A stretch of 64,000 nt of DNA from Octopus bimaculoides (lineage: Eukaryota). Positions 37,322 to 49,769 of the stretch are shown piece after piece. The position numbers and the translations under genes are program-made. The stretch is from contig NC_068986.1 of NCBI RefSeq assembly GCF_001194135.2, forward strand, positions 61,908,772-61,972,771, written 5' to 3'. The notes below the pieces were generated by a model. It searched no databases. It worked only from the letters and a program-made list of their open reading frames with translations, and had not been told where the DNA came from. Positions within the stretch are counted from its first letter, which is position 1, and every line of letters starts with the position of its first letter.

Positions 37322-38968
37322 ATCATCATCATCATCATTGTCGTTTAATGTCCGCTTTCCATGCTAGCATGGGTTGGACGATTTGATTGAGGACTGGTGA
37401 ACCAGATGGCTACACCAGGCTCCAATCTGATTTGACAGAGTTTCTAAAGCTGGATGCCCTTCCTAATGCCAACCACTTCGAGAGTGTAGTGGGTGTTTTT
37501 ACGTGCCACCGGCACGAAGGCCAGTCAGGCGGTACTGGCAACGGCCACATTGAAAATGGTGTATTTTACGTGCCACCTGCACAGGAGCCAGTGGCACTGG
37601 CAACAATCTTGCTCAAATGTCTTTACACGTGCCAGGAAGGCAACGACGGGCACAGGTGCCATCACAATTTCACTTTCGCTTGCCCCAACAGGTCTTCGCA
37701 AGCCAAGTTTAGTGTCCAATGAAGGAGATGAAGTTGGCATGGGTGCTAGTCGTCGAATTTAGTTCGATATCGATTTCACTTGCTTCAAAAGGTCTTCACA
37801 AGCAGAGTTTAGTGTCCAATGAAGGAAAGGTACGCATAAGTGGGCTTGCTACATCCCTGGCAGAGGCCTTGGATTTAGGTCTCACTTAGCTTGCCAGGTC
37901 TTCTCACGCACAGCATATTTACAAAGGTCTCGGTCAGAAGTCATTGCCTTGGTGAGGCCCAATGTTTGAAGGTCATGCCTCACCACCTCATCCCAGGTCT
38001 TCCTGGGCCTACCTCTTCCACAGGTTCTCTCAACTGCTAGGATGTGGCACTTTTTACACAGCTATCCTCATCCATTCTCGCCACATGACCATACCAGCGC
38101 AATCGACTCTCTTGTACACTACAACTGATGCTTCTTAGATTCAACTTTTCTCTCAAGGTACTTACACTCTGTCTAGTATGCACACTGACATTACACATCC
38201 ATCGGAGCATACTGGCTTCATTCCTTGCGAGCCTACGCATGTTCTCAGCAGTCACGGCCCTTGTTTCACTGCCATTTAGCATGGCTGTTCGTACATATGC
38301 GTCATACAGTTTGCCTTTTACTCTGAGTGAGAGGCCCCTTGTCACCTGCAGAGGTAAGAGCTCTCTGAACTTTGCCCAGGTTATTCTTATTCTAGCAGCT
38401 ACACTTTCAGCACACCCTCCCCTACTACTAACTTGGTCACCAAGATAGCGGAAGCTATCAACTAAGTCTAGTTTTTCTCACTGGAATGTGACGAAAGTTG
38501 TTTTCTGCACATTTTCAGTGTCTATTGCTCCTGAACATCTGCCACATACAAAAACTATCTTCCTAGTTAACCTTCCTTTGATATTGCTGCACCTCTTATA
38601 GAGTTTCTACCTATGCCTTTTCTACAGATCAAGCAGGGCCATCTACCTGAAGGGGTTTGTGTTTTGTCTACCATCCACTTATTAGGACTTTGGTTTTAGC
38701 TAGGTTGACTCTAAGGCTCTTCGATTCTAGTCCTTGCTTCCACACCTGAAACTTCTCCTCTAGTTCTGATAGTGACTCAGCAATTAGTGCAAGGTCATCA
38801 GCATAGAGGAGCTCCCAGGGGCATCCTGTCTTGAATTCCTCTGTTATTGCCTGGAGGACTATGATAAATAGGAGGGGGCTGAGGACTGAACCTTGGTGAA
38901 CTCCTACCTCTACCCGGAATTCTTCACTGTACTCACTGCTAACCCTCACCTTACTGACAGCGTCTCTG
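37322..38968 (-). mobile_element. RTE LINE (PHD family), 5'-truncated
   Basis: GVHQGSVLSPLLFIIVL...CPWELLYADDLALIAE; LRWYGHVARMDE; (CAT)n tail at the left end. Confidence 0.92.
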
Positions 38969-39068
38969 TTAGGGATAAAAATCCAAATTTACAGGTAAAA
39001 ATTCAATTTAATTTAATTTATCAAAATTACAATTAAATTAAATTTCACAATATATAATATATAAATAT

Positions 39069-39690
39069 ATAATTTAGAGAAAAAAACCCACAATTCTTGA
39101 ATTCATCCATGAAAATCCAGTCACATATAGAAAAATTTAATAAATACATTAAAAAGACATATAATAAAAATACAAAGTAATAATTATTAAAATAATATTT
39201 TATTATTTTAATATTTATTACTTTGTATTTTTATTATAGGTCTTTCTAGTGTATTTACTTATTAAATTTTTCGGATCTTTTTTAAAACGGGGGCCACATT
39301 TTTCATTAACGAAACACTTTGAAACTTGGAACACTGGTAGAATGTGTCATATAAAACATCTTTTTCTCTTAGTCTTCTTAAAAAAAAAAAGAAATCCCTA
39401 AGTTATTCCATGTAAAAGTTGTCGTATTTCTGTAATTTCAACCAATCACTGACGTTCAACCAATCACTGACAATTTTTTACATGAAATAAATTCGAATAC
39501 AAAAATATTTTTCTGTTCTATAACACAAAATAGATAAGTATACGAAGTTTGAAAGTCTTTCGGTACCAAAAACACTACGTAAAACATTAATGAAAAATGT
39601 GACCCCGTTTTAAAAAAGATCCAATTTTTCTATATGTGACTGGATTTTCACGGATGAATTTAAGAATTGCGGTTTTTTTCTCTAAATTAT
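39069..39690. mobile_element. Foldback (palindromic) MITE-like element, about 260 bp, split by a nested MITE
   Basis: 39069-39200 is the reverse complement of 39205-39272 plus 39631-39690 once the nested element is removed. Confidence 0.7.
39273..39622. mobile_element. GG-terminated MITE with perfect 8-bp TSD (Merlin-like)
   Basis: TIRs GGATCTTTTTTAAAACGGGG...CCCCGTTTTAAAAAAGATCC; TSD AATTTTTC at 39265-39272 and 39623-39630. Confidence 0.8.
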
Positions 39691-39714
39691 GTGTGTGTGT
39701 GTGTGTGTGTGTGT

Positions 39715-40020
39715 AGGAGTGGCTGTGTGGTAAGAAGCTTGCTTCCCGACCAAAGCCTTGTGAGTGGATTTGGTAGACAGAAACTGAAAGAGGCCCGTCA
39801 TATATATACGTGTGTATGTGTGTGTGTGTGTGTTTGTTCCCCCATCATCGTTTGACAACCGATTATGGTGTGTTTACATCCCTGTAACTTATCAGGTCAG
39901 CAAAAAAGACCGATAGAATAAGTACTAGGCTTACAAAGAATAAGTTTTGGGGTCAATTTGTTCGACTAAAGGTGGTGCTCCAGCATGGCCACAGTCAAAT
40001 GACTGAAACAAGTAAAAGAA
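39715..40020 (+). mobile_element. tRNA-derived SINE (family B), internally deleted
   Basis: ggagtggctgtgtggtaagaagcttgcttcc...gtggatttggtagacagaaactgaaag...gaataagtact...ccagcatggccacagtc. Confidence 0.75.
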
Positions 40021-40035
40021 TAAATATATATATAT

Positions 40036-40109
<74 letters not shown>

Positions 40110-40977
40110 TATACTATACTATCATATTCACATTTTTTAAATAGATTTTTAATTAGTCACCATGTTTGAAAGAAAAATTATTTACTATTATTCATTTCGT
40201 TTTAGCCCTTGTTTTAAATTCTGTTCCAGATACACTCCTCCAAAACAATAACTATTAAAATTTCATGTTGTAACTAACCTTCACATTGAAACACATCCTG
40301 CCATGCTAAATACATTGGGCAATTTTGTTCCTGATAGATAATAATTTTGAATTTTCATGACTGGAATGCATGTGATCATAGGTCTACTCGATCAAATAGA
40401 AAGGCAGTTGAATTATTTCTATAAAGGAAAATTTGTTGAATTTATTTTTCCTTTATTTCGATTTAACTCAGTTGAAATATATTCAGGTAAGTTACCTTGT
40501 GGTCGTGAAACATAAAACGTAAGTTAAGAGAGCAGAAACGTAGCATATGCACATTTAAATAAAGCGTTTCTTATTGAGAATGGTTTTAACTGTCAAGTGA
40601 AAATATCAATCAGTTTGGCGGAAAAGTTTAACTAGGTCACAAGCAGTAATGGTTTCCTTTGTGTTGGAGAGACGTAATTTCCTCTCACGTTCAAATCATC
40701 TACACTTTCATCTAGCTAACTTCCACCACCACCTCCATAATAAATCGGGCTTACTAGGTCACTCATATATACAAAAAAAGATATTAAAATAAACAAACTT
40801 ACCATATTACTTTAATCTAATTGTTTTGGAGGATTATTTGTATATTCATATTCGTAACATTTTCATATATAGATATATATTTATATATACATATATAAAG
40901 TAAGCAGAAAATGGAGAAATATTGATCAACAACAATTGACTAATATCGATTATTACTTTAATACAAAGACTGTATCC

Positions 40978-41095
40978 CATCTAATAGCTGTTTCTGCTTC
41001 CAATGTTTCACGGCATTGCCATTGAAAATTCTGGGAATATTCATCATATTTTGTAACACATCAGATCTGGAACATGGAGCTTCATCAGAGTGAGG
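40978..41095 (-). ncRNA. Degenerate hammerhead-like motif (AGCT-loop family)
   Basis: CTGATGA-a-GCTCCA...TGGAAGC-a-GAAAC-AGCT-AT(T); long stem II; G16.2 changed to A; (TA)-rich tract downstream. Confidence 0.45.
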
Positions 41096-42352
41096 AAAAA
41101 TACATTAAAAGAAAAGAACAGAAAAGAAGAGCCTCGAGAAAAAGAATAAAGGCTTAATATATTTAAATCATACCATTTTGCAATGTGACGCTTCAGGACA
41201 TTGAGCAAATGACTAAACTAAAAATATTACTGGATGGGTGACAAGGTATATAAATAATAAAATGGTAAATAAATACTTTACCATAATGGGATACGCCAAT
41301 AGGTCTAGAAAAAGAGGGAGGGATAGTGCCATAACGTTTAGAAGTAATCATAATAGTTAAGATTCTGTTAATAATACTAATTAATAGTTTATCCTAATAA
41401 AATTCCCATCAATTAATTACAATTATTTACTTACTGATATGTTGTAAAGACCAACCACCTATTGCCTGTAATGGGATTAACCAAAGTCCAGCTTTCGATA
41501 TAATTGGTCAGTTAAATTTAAAAACAAAGGGCAAGCTATTAAAACTATTATACAGGTAGATGTAAATAAAAAATAAAACGTAAAAGTATGGAAAAGTAGT
41601 ATATGTTGTAAGTGGCCCAAAACTGCTGAGGACATTGTAAATAAAACAAACAAACATGTAAACAAGCACCATGCGAAGGAATGAACATTGCCCACAGTGT
41701 TGGTAAAACCTAGAGAGCTCCCTATTTGGACCATTGTGGGTTAAGGCAGTTGGTGGGGGAATTGCACAAATGCTTTATAAAAGTGAGAAATTGGTAGACA
41801 CAGAAAGGAAATAAATTTATAAAGCATTTGACCAATTTTTGCCTAGAGTTATACTTGCACACACATACATACATGTATACATGTGTGTGTGTTCAAAGTA
41901 TTTTGGTTTTGTTGGACTGTGTCCTTAATTTTTTTTCTTTACTAGACAAGGCTGAAAGGTTAAAGAGCTTCACAGGTTAAGAATTGAAAACATTTCTAAT
42001 TTAAAATTAATCTACAGTTTAATTCGTAAGCACATTTATCTGGTTTTTAAACTAGTAAGTGTATGCTTATTTTGGGCTAAGCATCCAGTTGTATTTGGAA
42101 CATCTAATAGTATGGTTCCAAACAGCAACAGTTAAACATTCTTAGGGAACAGATGATTGTGTTTATTATAAGTTATGCATGTNNNNNNNNNNNNNNNNNN
42201 NNNNNNNNNNNNNNNNNNNNNNNNNNNNNNNNNNNNNNNNNNNNNNNNNNNNNNNNNNNNNNNNNNNNNNNNNNNNNNNNNNCTGAGCTGAAACTTTGAA
42301 ATGAAATGAAATGAAATGAAATATATATATAAATTCTGTGCTGCATCTGAAT

Positions 42353-42403
42353 TTTGTCAGTGAACAGGTCGTGGTCTCAAAGCGACGAAAATATTTTGAC
42401 AAA
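42353..42403 (+). ncRNA. Type I hammerhead variant with G3:C8 core swap
   Basis: TTTGTCA-GTGAACA-g-GTCG(tggtctcaaag)CGAC-GAAA-A TA T-T-T-TGACAAA; 7-bp stem I, 4-bp stem II, palindromic stem III. Confidence 0.6.
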
Positions 42404-42683
42404 TTAAATTTAAATGTTGAAGTGAATCTAACAGTTTTTGTGTGTTATTTTAAATGGCTTATAAACACCTTCCACACTGCAGTTGTTTTCGTTCCAGCAC
42501 ACGATCTCAGATCAGGTCACTTGCTATGCAAGTACATCTCCGTAATATATATATATATATCCAAGAAAGTTAGGGTTTGTGAATCCAACCCACTAAGGGA
42601 TAATATCTATCTAATATACTGCTGGACGTAGGAAAAAAACACTATGTATATAAATATATATATATTTATACACATACACACAT

Positions 42684-42714
<31 letters not shown>

Positions 42715-43189
42715 GTTCCAGTTTCGTATGATTCAGTCATGTTTTCCTGTGCTTCTGAAAACCTGTAAGAGTATTTCAAAGAAAATAGCCAACTGATCAG
42801 GAAAGTATTCTAAAATACAATATGTCTATAAAATTACGATACATTTAAAATCACCTACATAAATATACTGAGCAGAAAGAATCTTCGACAAAACATGAAG
42901 TGAAAACATCGCTGTTTCTTCATTCTAGTTGTGTCCCCATGTGCTTACGGGATCTTTCCCCATGTGCTTACAGGAAAGTAGAGAAAATTCCTGAGCTCTA
43001 CCACAACTTTAAGGAAAACTTGAGATAAGATAAACATACATGCATTTTCTATAATTAAGTTCAGGAAAGGTCCCGAAAAAAAATGTGATAAGCTATCGAT
43101 CCTCCCTTTCTGTATTTTGTTTTTGTTTCTGACCTATGCATCAACATTTTCTTTCCTTTCCTCCTCTTATTTTTTTTATATATTCTTCT

Positions 43190-43976
43190 GGATCTTTTCC
43201 CTTTGAACGGCAGATGAAGAAATTAATTTTTTGTAACTAAACACTTTCAAACTTCGGACACTGGTACAATGTGTCATATAAAACATCTTTTACTTTAGTG
43301 TTGTTGAGAAAAGTTTATATTTTCAAAGTTATTTCGTGTTAAAGTAGTTGTATTTCGGTAATTTCAACCAATGAATCATGTCTATTCAGCTGAATAAAAT
43401 TACTGCCGTTGTTTGTCAACAACAACTATCAGCGGTGTATATTTCGTTTGTCACTGTTATTTATGACATCGTTCATGCAATTGTACTGCTTTTAGAGTTA
43501 GAGTTAGGGTTGGGAATTTAGGGTTAGAGTTATGGAAAAAAGTGAGAAATGAAGAAATTGGAGGGGGAGTGGGGGTGGGCAAAAAAGTTTTTCTGAAAAT
43601 AGTAGCTGAAAAACAGGAAAAAAAAAACTAAAAGGAGTAGAAATGCACGAACGGTTGTGGTGGTGCCATGAAGTAAACATACTTTAGATACACTCGTTTA
43701 TTCATATAAACATAAATGAGATGAAATATGTCATAAATAACATTGACAAATGAAATATACACCGCAGGAAGTTGTTGTTGACAAACAAGAGCAGTAATTT
43801 TATTCAGGTGAATACACATCATTGATTGGTTGAAATTACCGAAATAAGACAACTTTGAAAGTACAAACTTTTCTCAACAATGTTTTATATGACACATTCT
43901 ATCAGTGTCCGAAGTTCGAAAGTGTTTAGTTACAAATAATTTATTTCTTGATCTGCCGTTCAAAGGGTAAAGATCC
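43190..43976. mobile_element. Long-TIR MITE, same GG-terminated family as 39273
   Basis: Roughly 270-290-bp imperfect TIRs starting GGATCTTT; flanks ATTCTTCT / ATTTTTCT (7 of 8 match); shares the aaacactttgaaactt..acactggtagaatgtgtcatataaaacatc block with 39310-39365. Confidence 0.8.
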
Positions 43977-44422
43977 ATTTTTCTTCCTAACAAGGTCTGG
44001 CTTTTTATTGCTTCTAACCCGTTCATTTATTTTGGTTGTAAGTTAGGCAAGCGTTTCTTCTCTATTCGAATAATTCACTTTTCTTTCAGGAGTTTAAAAA
44101 ACAAAAACAATCTTCTCACCAGGGAAAAAAACTGGAACAAAACACATCAATATGCCAGTTTAACTGAATGTAATTAGTGTATATGATGACAGGGAACGTT
44201 GGCAAGTTATTTTTAAAAAAAACTATTAATGGATTTAACGTCAAAGGCAATTTAGAGAAAGAGAAGAAGGAGAAAGAAAGAAATTAGCAGAAAATTAAGA
44301 GTGAAGAAATATAGTGCGATAGACGAATGGGAATAAAGGTTAAAAGCGTGGAAATAGATATATGTAGTGGAAATGAAATATAAGAAGACAGTTAAAGATC
44401 GAATTTTATTGATTGGTAGAAA

Positions 44423-45040
44423 TTACTTATAGGAACTAAAGGTATGTTTTTGCCAATGTTTGCAATGATAAACATGTTCTTTAAATGTGTTTACAAGAGA
44501 ATTCTCTGAGAACAGCATGAGATATTGTTCTTCGTTACAGAGCGGACAAAAGGATTTACCTTTATCATATGGAAAGGATCTAGATAGTATATTCTATTCC
44601 AAATCAAATTGTTTATTATATTCCTTTAGAGACCAAATTAATTTACTAAGCCCAGTATTGTTGTTTGTATTGATATGTCTAAATGTAGAGTAATGGTTTG
44701 ATATTCTTTTGGACAACTGAGATGAAGAACTACCTATGTAAAAAACGACATCAGAACCAGTAGTAATTTTACATTGATAAACAGAGTTTCTAGTCTTGTA
44801 ATTACTGCTAAGGAAACAAATGCGAATAATACCAATAATACCAATGTTTTATTTGGAACATATGTTGGAAGTATAAAGATTTGAATAACACTTGCGTTTA
44901 ACTCCATGTCTTAATTTATCTATGTCACCCAAAAACATTTCACTAAACCCTGGAATTTCTACCTTTATAAGTAGGTTGTAACTTATGTGAATTTTGCTAC
45001 CCTGGTAACTATTTTTTTTCCATGTTATTTGTACACATTG
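44423..45040 (-). mobile_element. Naiad-type PLE GIY-YIG endonuclease remnant
   Basis: Minus strand VYQCKITTGSDVVFYIGSSSSQLSKRISNHYSTF..TGLSKLIWSLK..*NIL..PY..CPLCNEE...HCKH; one internal TAG at the conserved Trp; not in the ORF track. Confidence 0.75.
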
Positions 45041-45062
45041 AAAAAATGCATATACATTTATA

Positions 45063-45120
<58 letters not shown>

Positions 45121-45151
45121 AATATATGTATATATATGAATATATGCATAT

Positions 45152-45460
45152 GTGAAGGTGTGTGACTTAGTGATTAGGGCATGTGGCTGATGATCGTAAA
45201 GTCGTGAGTTCAATTCCTGGCAACGCGTTGTGTCCTTGAGCACTTTATTTCATGTTGCTGCAGTCCACTCGGCTGGCAAAAATGAGTAGTACCTGTATTT
45301 CAAAGAGCCAATCTCGTCACACTCTGTATCATGCTTACCCTGAGAACTACATCAAGGGTACACGTCTCTGTGGAGTGCTGAGCCACTTGCATGTTAATTT
45401 CATGAGCAAGCTGTTCCGTTGATTGTATCAGCTGGGACCCTTGCCATCGTAACAGATAGA
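45152..45460 (+). mobile_element. tRNA-derived SINE (family A), full length
   Basis: A-box-like TGACTTAGTGA, B-box-like GAGTTCAATTC, conserved body. Confidence 0.75.
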
Positions 45461-45465
45461 TTGTT

Positions 45466-45513
<48 letters not shown>

Positions 45514-45813
45514 ATTATATGATTGTAAAACTGTCATTATTGAGTAGAAAAAAGCCTTTAGTTGAAAGGACCAATGAAAAGAAACCAATTTCAAATGTGT
45601 ATCTGTGAATGTAAATTGTATATTCTATTCATACAAACAGTATTGTTCCATTGTCAATCTAAACTGTCCAATGAACAGGAACGAGTAGCAGTTTATTGTG
45701 ATATTTTTTGTGATTCTTTTTTGCAGCTTTGATAATTATAAAGCATATTACTCTGTCTCTGGTATTTGAGTACTATTTTTTTCCAACTTCTTTCACATTT
45801 ATATGTTTACTTT

Positions 45814-45860
<47 letters not shown>

Positions 45861-46387
45861 ATATGTATGTGTATAGATAAGTGTTTGTATATGCATGTAT
45901 GTATGCACTTGCAACGTATTTTTATGGCTCCTGAAACTTGAGATTATCTTTAGTTCTTAATAGTTTTTAATTGGGATGATATTTGTAATCACCGTATATA
46001 GAGACAAAAATACAATATGTTGTTTGGTTAACGTTTTCTTAACTCATGGAATATTTCTTTTCCAGATGTGACGTGTACTCCAGTAGAAGTTAGAATAACT
46101 GAAGTGAATTCCAATACAACTTATTACTATTGAAAACCATACAGTATCTGTGATTCCGGAATATAATCGCAACATTAACAACATAAAAAAAAAATACCAT
46201 TTTGAAATAATTAAAAGTTTGTTAAAGCGTGTTCTATCATTTATAGTCTGTGTAAAGGAAGAATACATGCCTTTACGCAGTGATTAATTATCTCAACTTC
46301 CTTTTGATATCGTGGTTTCGATACATTTTAATAAAAAAAAAGAGAGAGAGAAGAATAAAGGAAAAACGTGGTAACACTACTTAAGTC

Positions 46388-47048
46388 ATGGCTCGTGAAT
46401 TTCTAGAGCACTTTTATTTTCGAGGAATAGACGGAGCGGTAGAAAATTCAGGTGGTGGGACGGGCACTGGATACTGCGGCGGTCCAACGGGGGCAACAAC
46501 TCCAGATGAAAATGATACATACAACAATAATCATTTTCAAAACCACTTAACAAGATCTCTTAATCCAGTAAACACTGGCAGCAACGAGAATAATAACACA
46601 TCAACAGACATGGTGGACGCCATGAAAAAGAAGTGGGTACGTTTACAAGCCAATATTGATAATATGTTCCAGGGTTTTGGCTTCTCGCAGCCGTTCAACA
46701 GGCGTAGAGAAGGAGCAGTAGTAGCAGGTGGAGGAGAAGGTCGCTGCGGAGTAGGAGGCAGTCTGACGCCAAATGAGAAGAAACGGAACGACAACCTTCA
46801 TCTTCATCACAGTAACAACCATCGTCACCACAGTCATTGGGCTGAACACGACACTCACCTAAACTCCTCCAATTCCGATGCCGTGGTTGTTTATCAAGAG
46901 CAGATTGAAATGGCTCTGCTGAGTCAAGGAGAATTACGGCTTGGAGTTGGACATGATTTTGTCTTGGAGTTGCGTTCTAATCCTACTTGGTGTGACAAAT
47001 GTGGGGACTTCATATGGGGAGCCTACAAACAGTGCCTCAAGTGCAAAC
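46388..47048 (+). CDS. RASSF1: RASSF1/RASSF5-like (Ras association domain family) protein, first coding exon with first half of the C1/DAG-binding domain
   Basis: GC/CpG-rich ORF in AT-rich DNA ending GHDFVLELRSNPTWCDKCGDFIWGAYKQCLKCK then a C|GTAAGT donor (phase 1); resembles RASSF1A GHRF...TWCDLCGDFIWG...GLQCA. No downstream C1 exon found by eye in the remaining 17 kb. Confidence 0.85.
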
Positions 47049-49769
47049 GTAAGTGAGATTCATTCTTTCTGTCCATATGCCAATATATTGATTAAAAAAA
47101 AAGAACTTTTACTTGTATTCGGTTGTTGTCAGTATATATTATACGTTGTTTTATATCTTGCTTACTTTAGCGGCAAAAGTAGCTTAACTGTTATTTCAAT
47201 ATATTATTTCGATTTTTAAACTTTTTACAGATTTTTCATAATTGCTTGGAACATTCAGTTACGCACAAACTATTTTACAATGGGAACTAAAAATAATAAA
47301 TGCATCATTTTCATTCATCAAAAGTTAATATTAAAAAATCAAAGCTGTTTAAGTTCAAAGTTTAAAACGATTTTATTTTCTAAAGCAGTTATCAAAAGAC
47401 ATTCAAATTCTTTAATCAGACGAAATTTAATTTGATTTGATTAAAGCGAAAGTCATTATTGTAGTAAGTAAAAATGAAGTTATTTAGAATATTTACAATT
47501 TCTTTAAAAATGTGGAATAAATTTAAAAAAATTCCGGATGTGATTTGTAAGAAAATCAGGAAGTTGTTTGTTTACGTCACCTTTTCGCTATTTTTAGTTT
47601 TCATGTGGTTTAAGTTCTTCATTTTAAAATAATTTTAATACATATTCTTTCGGTAAAATACTGTATGTATGTAAAACAAAATATTTTATCAGTTTTTTAG
47701 AATTTAGTGATAGAATTAAGGTTCCATTCTAAGCGGTTTTTAAGCGATAATCTCGTTCATCATTTATGATGGATGAAATTGGTTTCAGTAGTTAGTAGTA
47801 GTCGGGAAGACATACTTCCTCGACTTAACTCTCATTTTAGCAACATGACTTTTTTTTTTAAGTCTCAGTCTTTTGTGCTGCCAAGGGAAACTAAAAATAA
47901 ATTCTCTTGCTATTTACAAATTGATTATAAGCGAATAAAATCAACTAAAATGTTGCCGATTATAGTAAATTCGTTTCGATTTTTTTGGGCTTCAATTATA
48001 ACACATGGTTAACTTTAAATATATATTCTTTTACAATAGCAGTAGCCACTTGAAAATATGTCTGTAAATAAGTGCGTGTTTGTGTAAACGTGTTATTTAT
48101 GTGCATGCAGTAAATTCCCTCTCTGCTGGCTATTATATATAAATGTATTTATATTTATGACACATATTCATATTGTATCTCATAATTCCTATTACAAGAA
48201 TAGTGTCCTTTTTTTGAAACGATAATATTTTAAAAATTTAAGATTTGGTTTCTTTTCCTAACTGTTGTTTCTTTATGTTTGCTGCTTGAAAAATTTTAAA
48301 GGCAACTTTTTAGATTTTATATATATATTTTAAGTTTTCTGTTAGTCAAAAACAATAATTTTGAATATCTGAACATGTGATTCTGCTTGAAATAATTAAT
48401 GCTACATCCCTTAAATGCAGTGGCATTAAAATATCTGAATATTATTGTAAAATACACGTGTTTGAAAAAGACTAATGTTTGTTCTTTAAAAGTTTTTATA
48501 AATGGGATGCCGTTTGAAGTGAAATGCTATATTTTAGGGTAATTGATAAAATTGATTTGAGTGATGTTCTAGTTTCTTGCAACAAAAGAGTGATAAACTT
48601 AAACATTTAATAGAAAATAACAGCTGATCTCTTAGCGTTTGTATCAAAAAGGAATTTTTGTATTTCTTCTTGAATTTTGTTGACTATTTATTACATTAGT
48701 TTCTGTCGAGAATGTATAAAAACTTATATTAAAATTGTGACATTTACAAAGCAGATTTAATTTAAAGGGAAACAAATGTCATTACGTTAACTAGACAGTT
48801 TATATTTACGTCTAGAGCGTACTGTAGTTAGTTATTGATCATGATTATATATATCTAATATTTTTATGTTGGTGTAAGGTCAATGCGACACGCCTTACAT
48901 TACCAGCCGTTTTCTTATCCATTAACTATATCAGCTAGATCAATACTCAACCCCCTCATATGTTTCTTTGATCAGCATCTCTAGCTTCACCTAATTGTAC
49001 TATATTCTCGACTAGCTATAATTATTTATTACTCTTCTCTTCAATAACACTGGATCTTCTGCAATTTACCGTATGTTCGTTAAAACCTTACTTATTCACT
49101 GATGTACTAGATTTACCATTTAATTTAATTCGTAGACTTCATTTTTGACATCAAGACAAAATTGGACTGGTTAAATCACACCCTTTTCCCTTGGAGCATG
49201 TGTTTAAAGCTGCCTTACTACTTCTTAAAATCAACTATAGGATTTGTAGTTATTTCTAAATAGAGGGTAAATCGATGCAAACAGACTACATGCAAAGTCT
49301 TTCATGCTGTGTCTATGGCATCTACGCAATCACAACATTCTTTATTTCTTCCTTAAAGTAGTCATCATCCAAATATTACACATACACACAATAAAATGTA
49401 CCTAACATGAAGAGATTGAGTTATACAGGGACAAGAGATCTTAAGGATATTTTCGATCCTTCTAGTTTGTTTTAGTTAAAAAACGTCATTTCTATTCTGA
49501 ATGAAACCTATACTAAACAAAGTTTACTGTTCTTGTTTGTTTGATCCATTATATATATAGAATTAATTGTAGCGGAAAAGTAACGCAACATTTAATATTA
49601 CACATATGAATGTATAAAGTGGATTTAAACCTTTGTAACTAGCAGTAGGGCATAACCAAATAGAACATCTAAGTACTAGAAGCCACTGACACCAAAAAGT
49701 AGTGTTAAATATCATTTTTCAAAAATCAACTACAGTAAGCACAAAAATCATACCTTCCATCTAGAGCAC

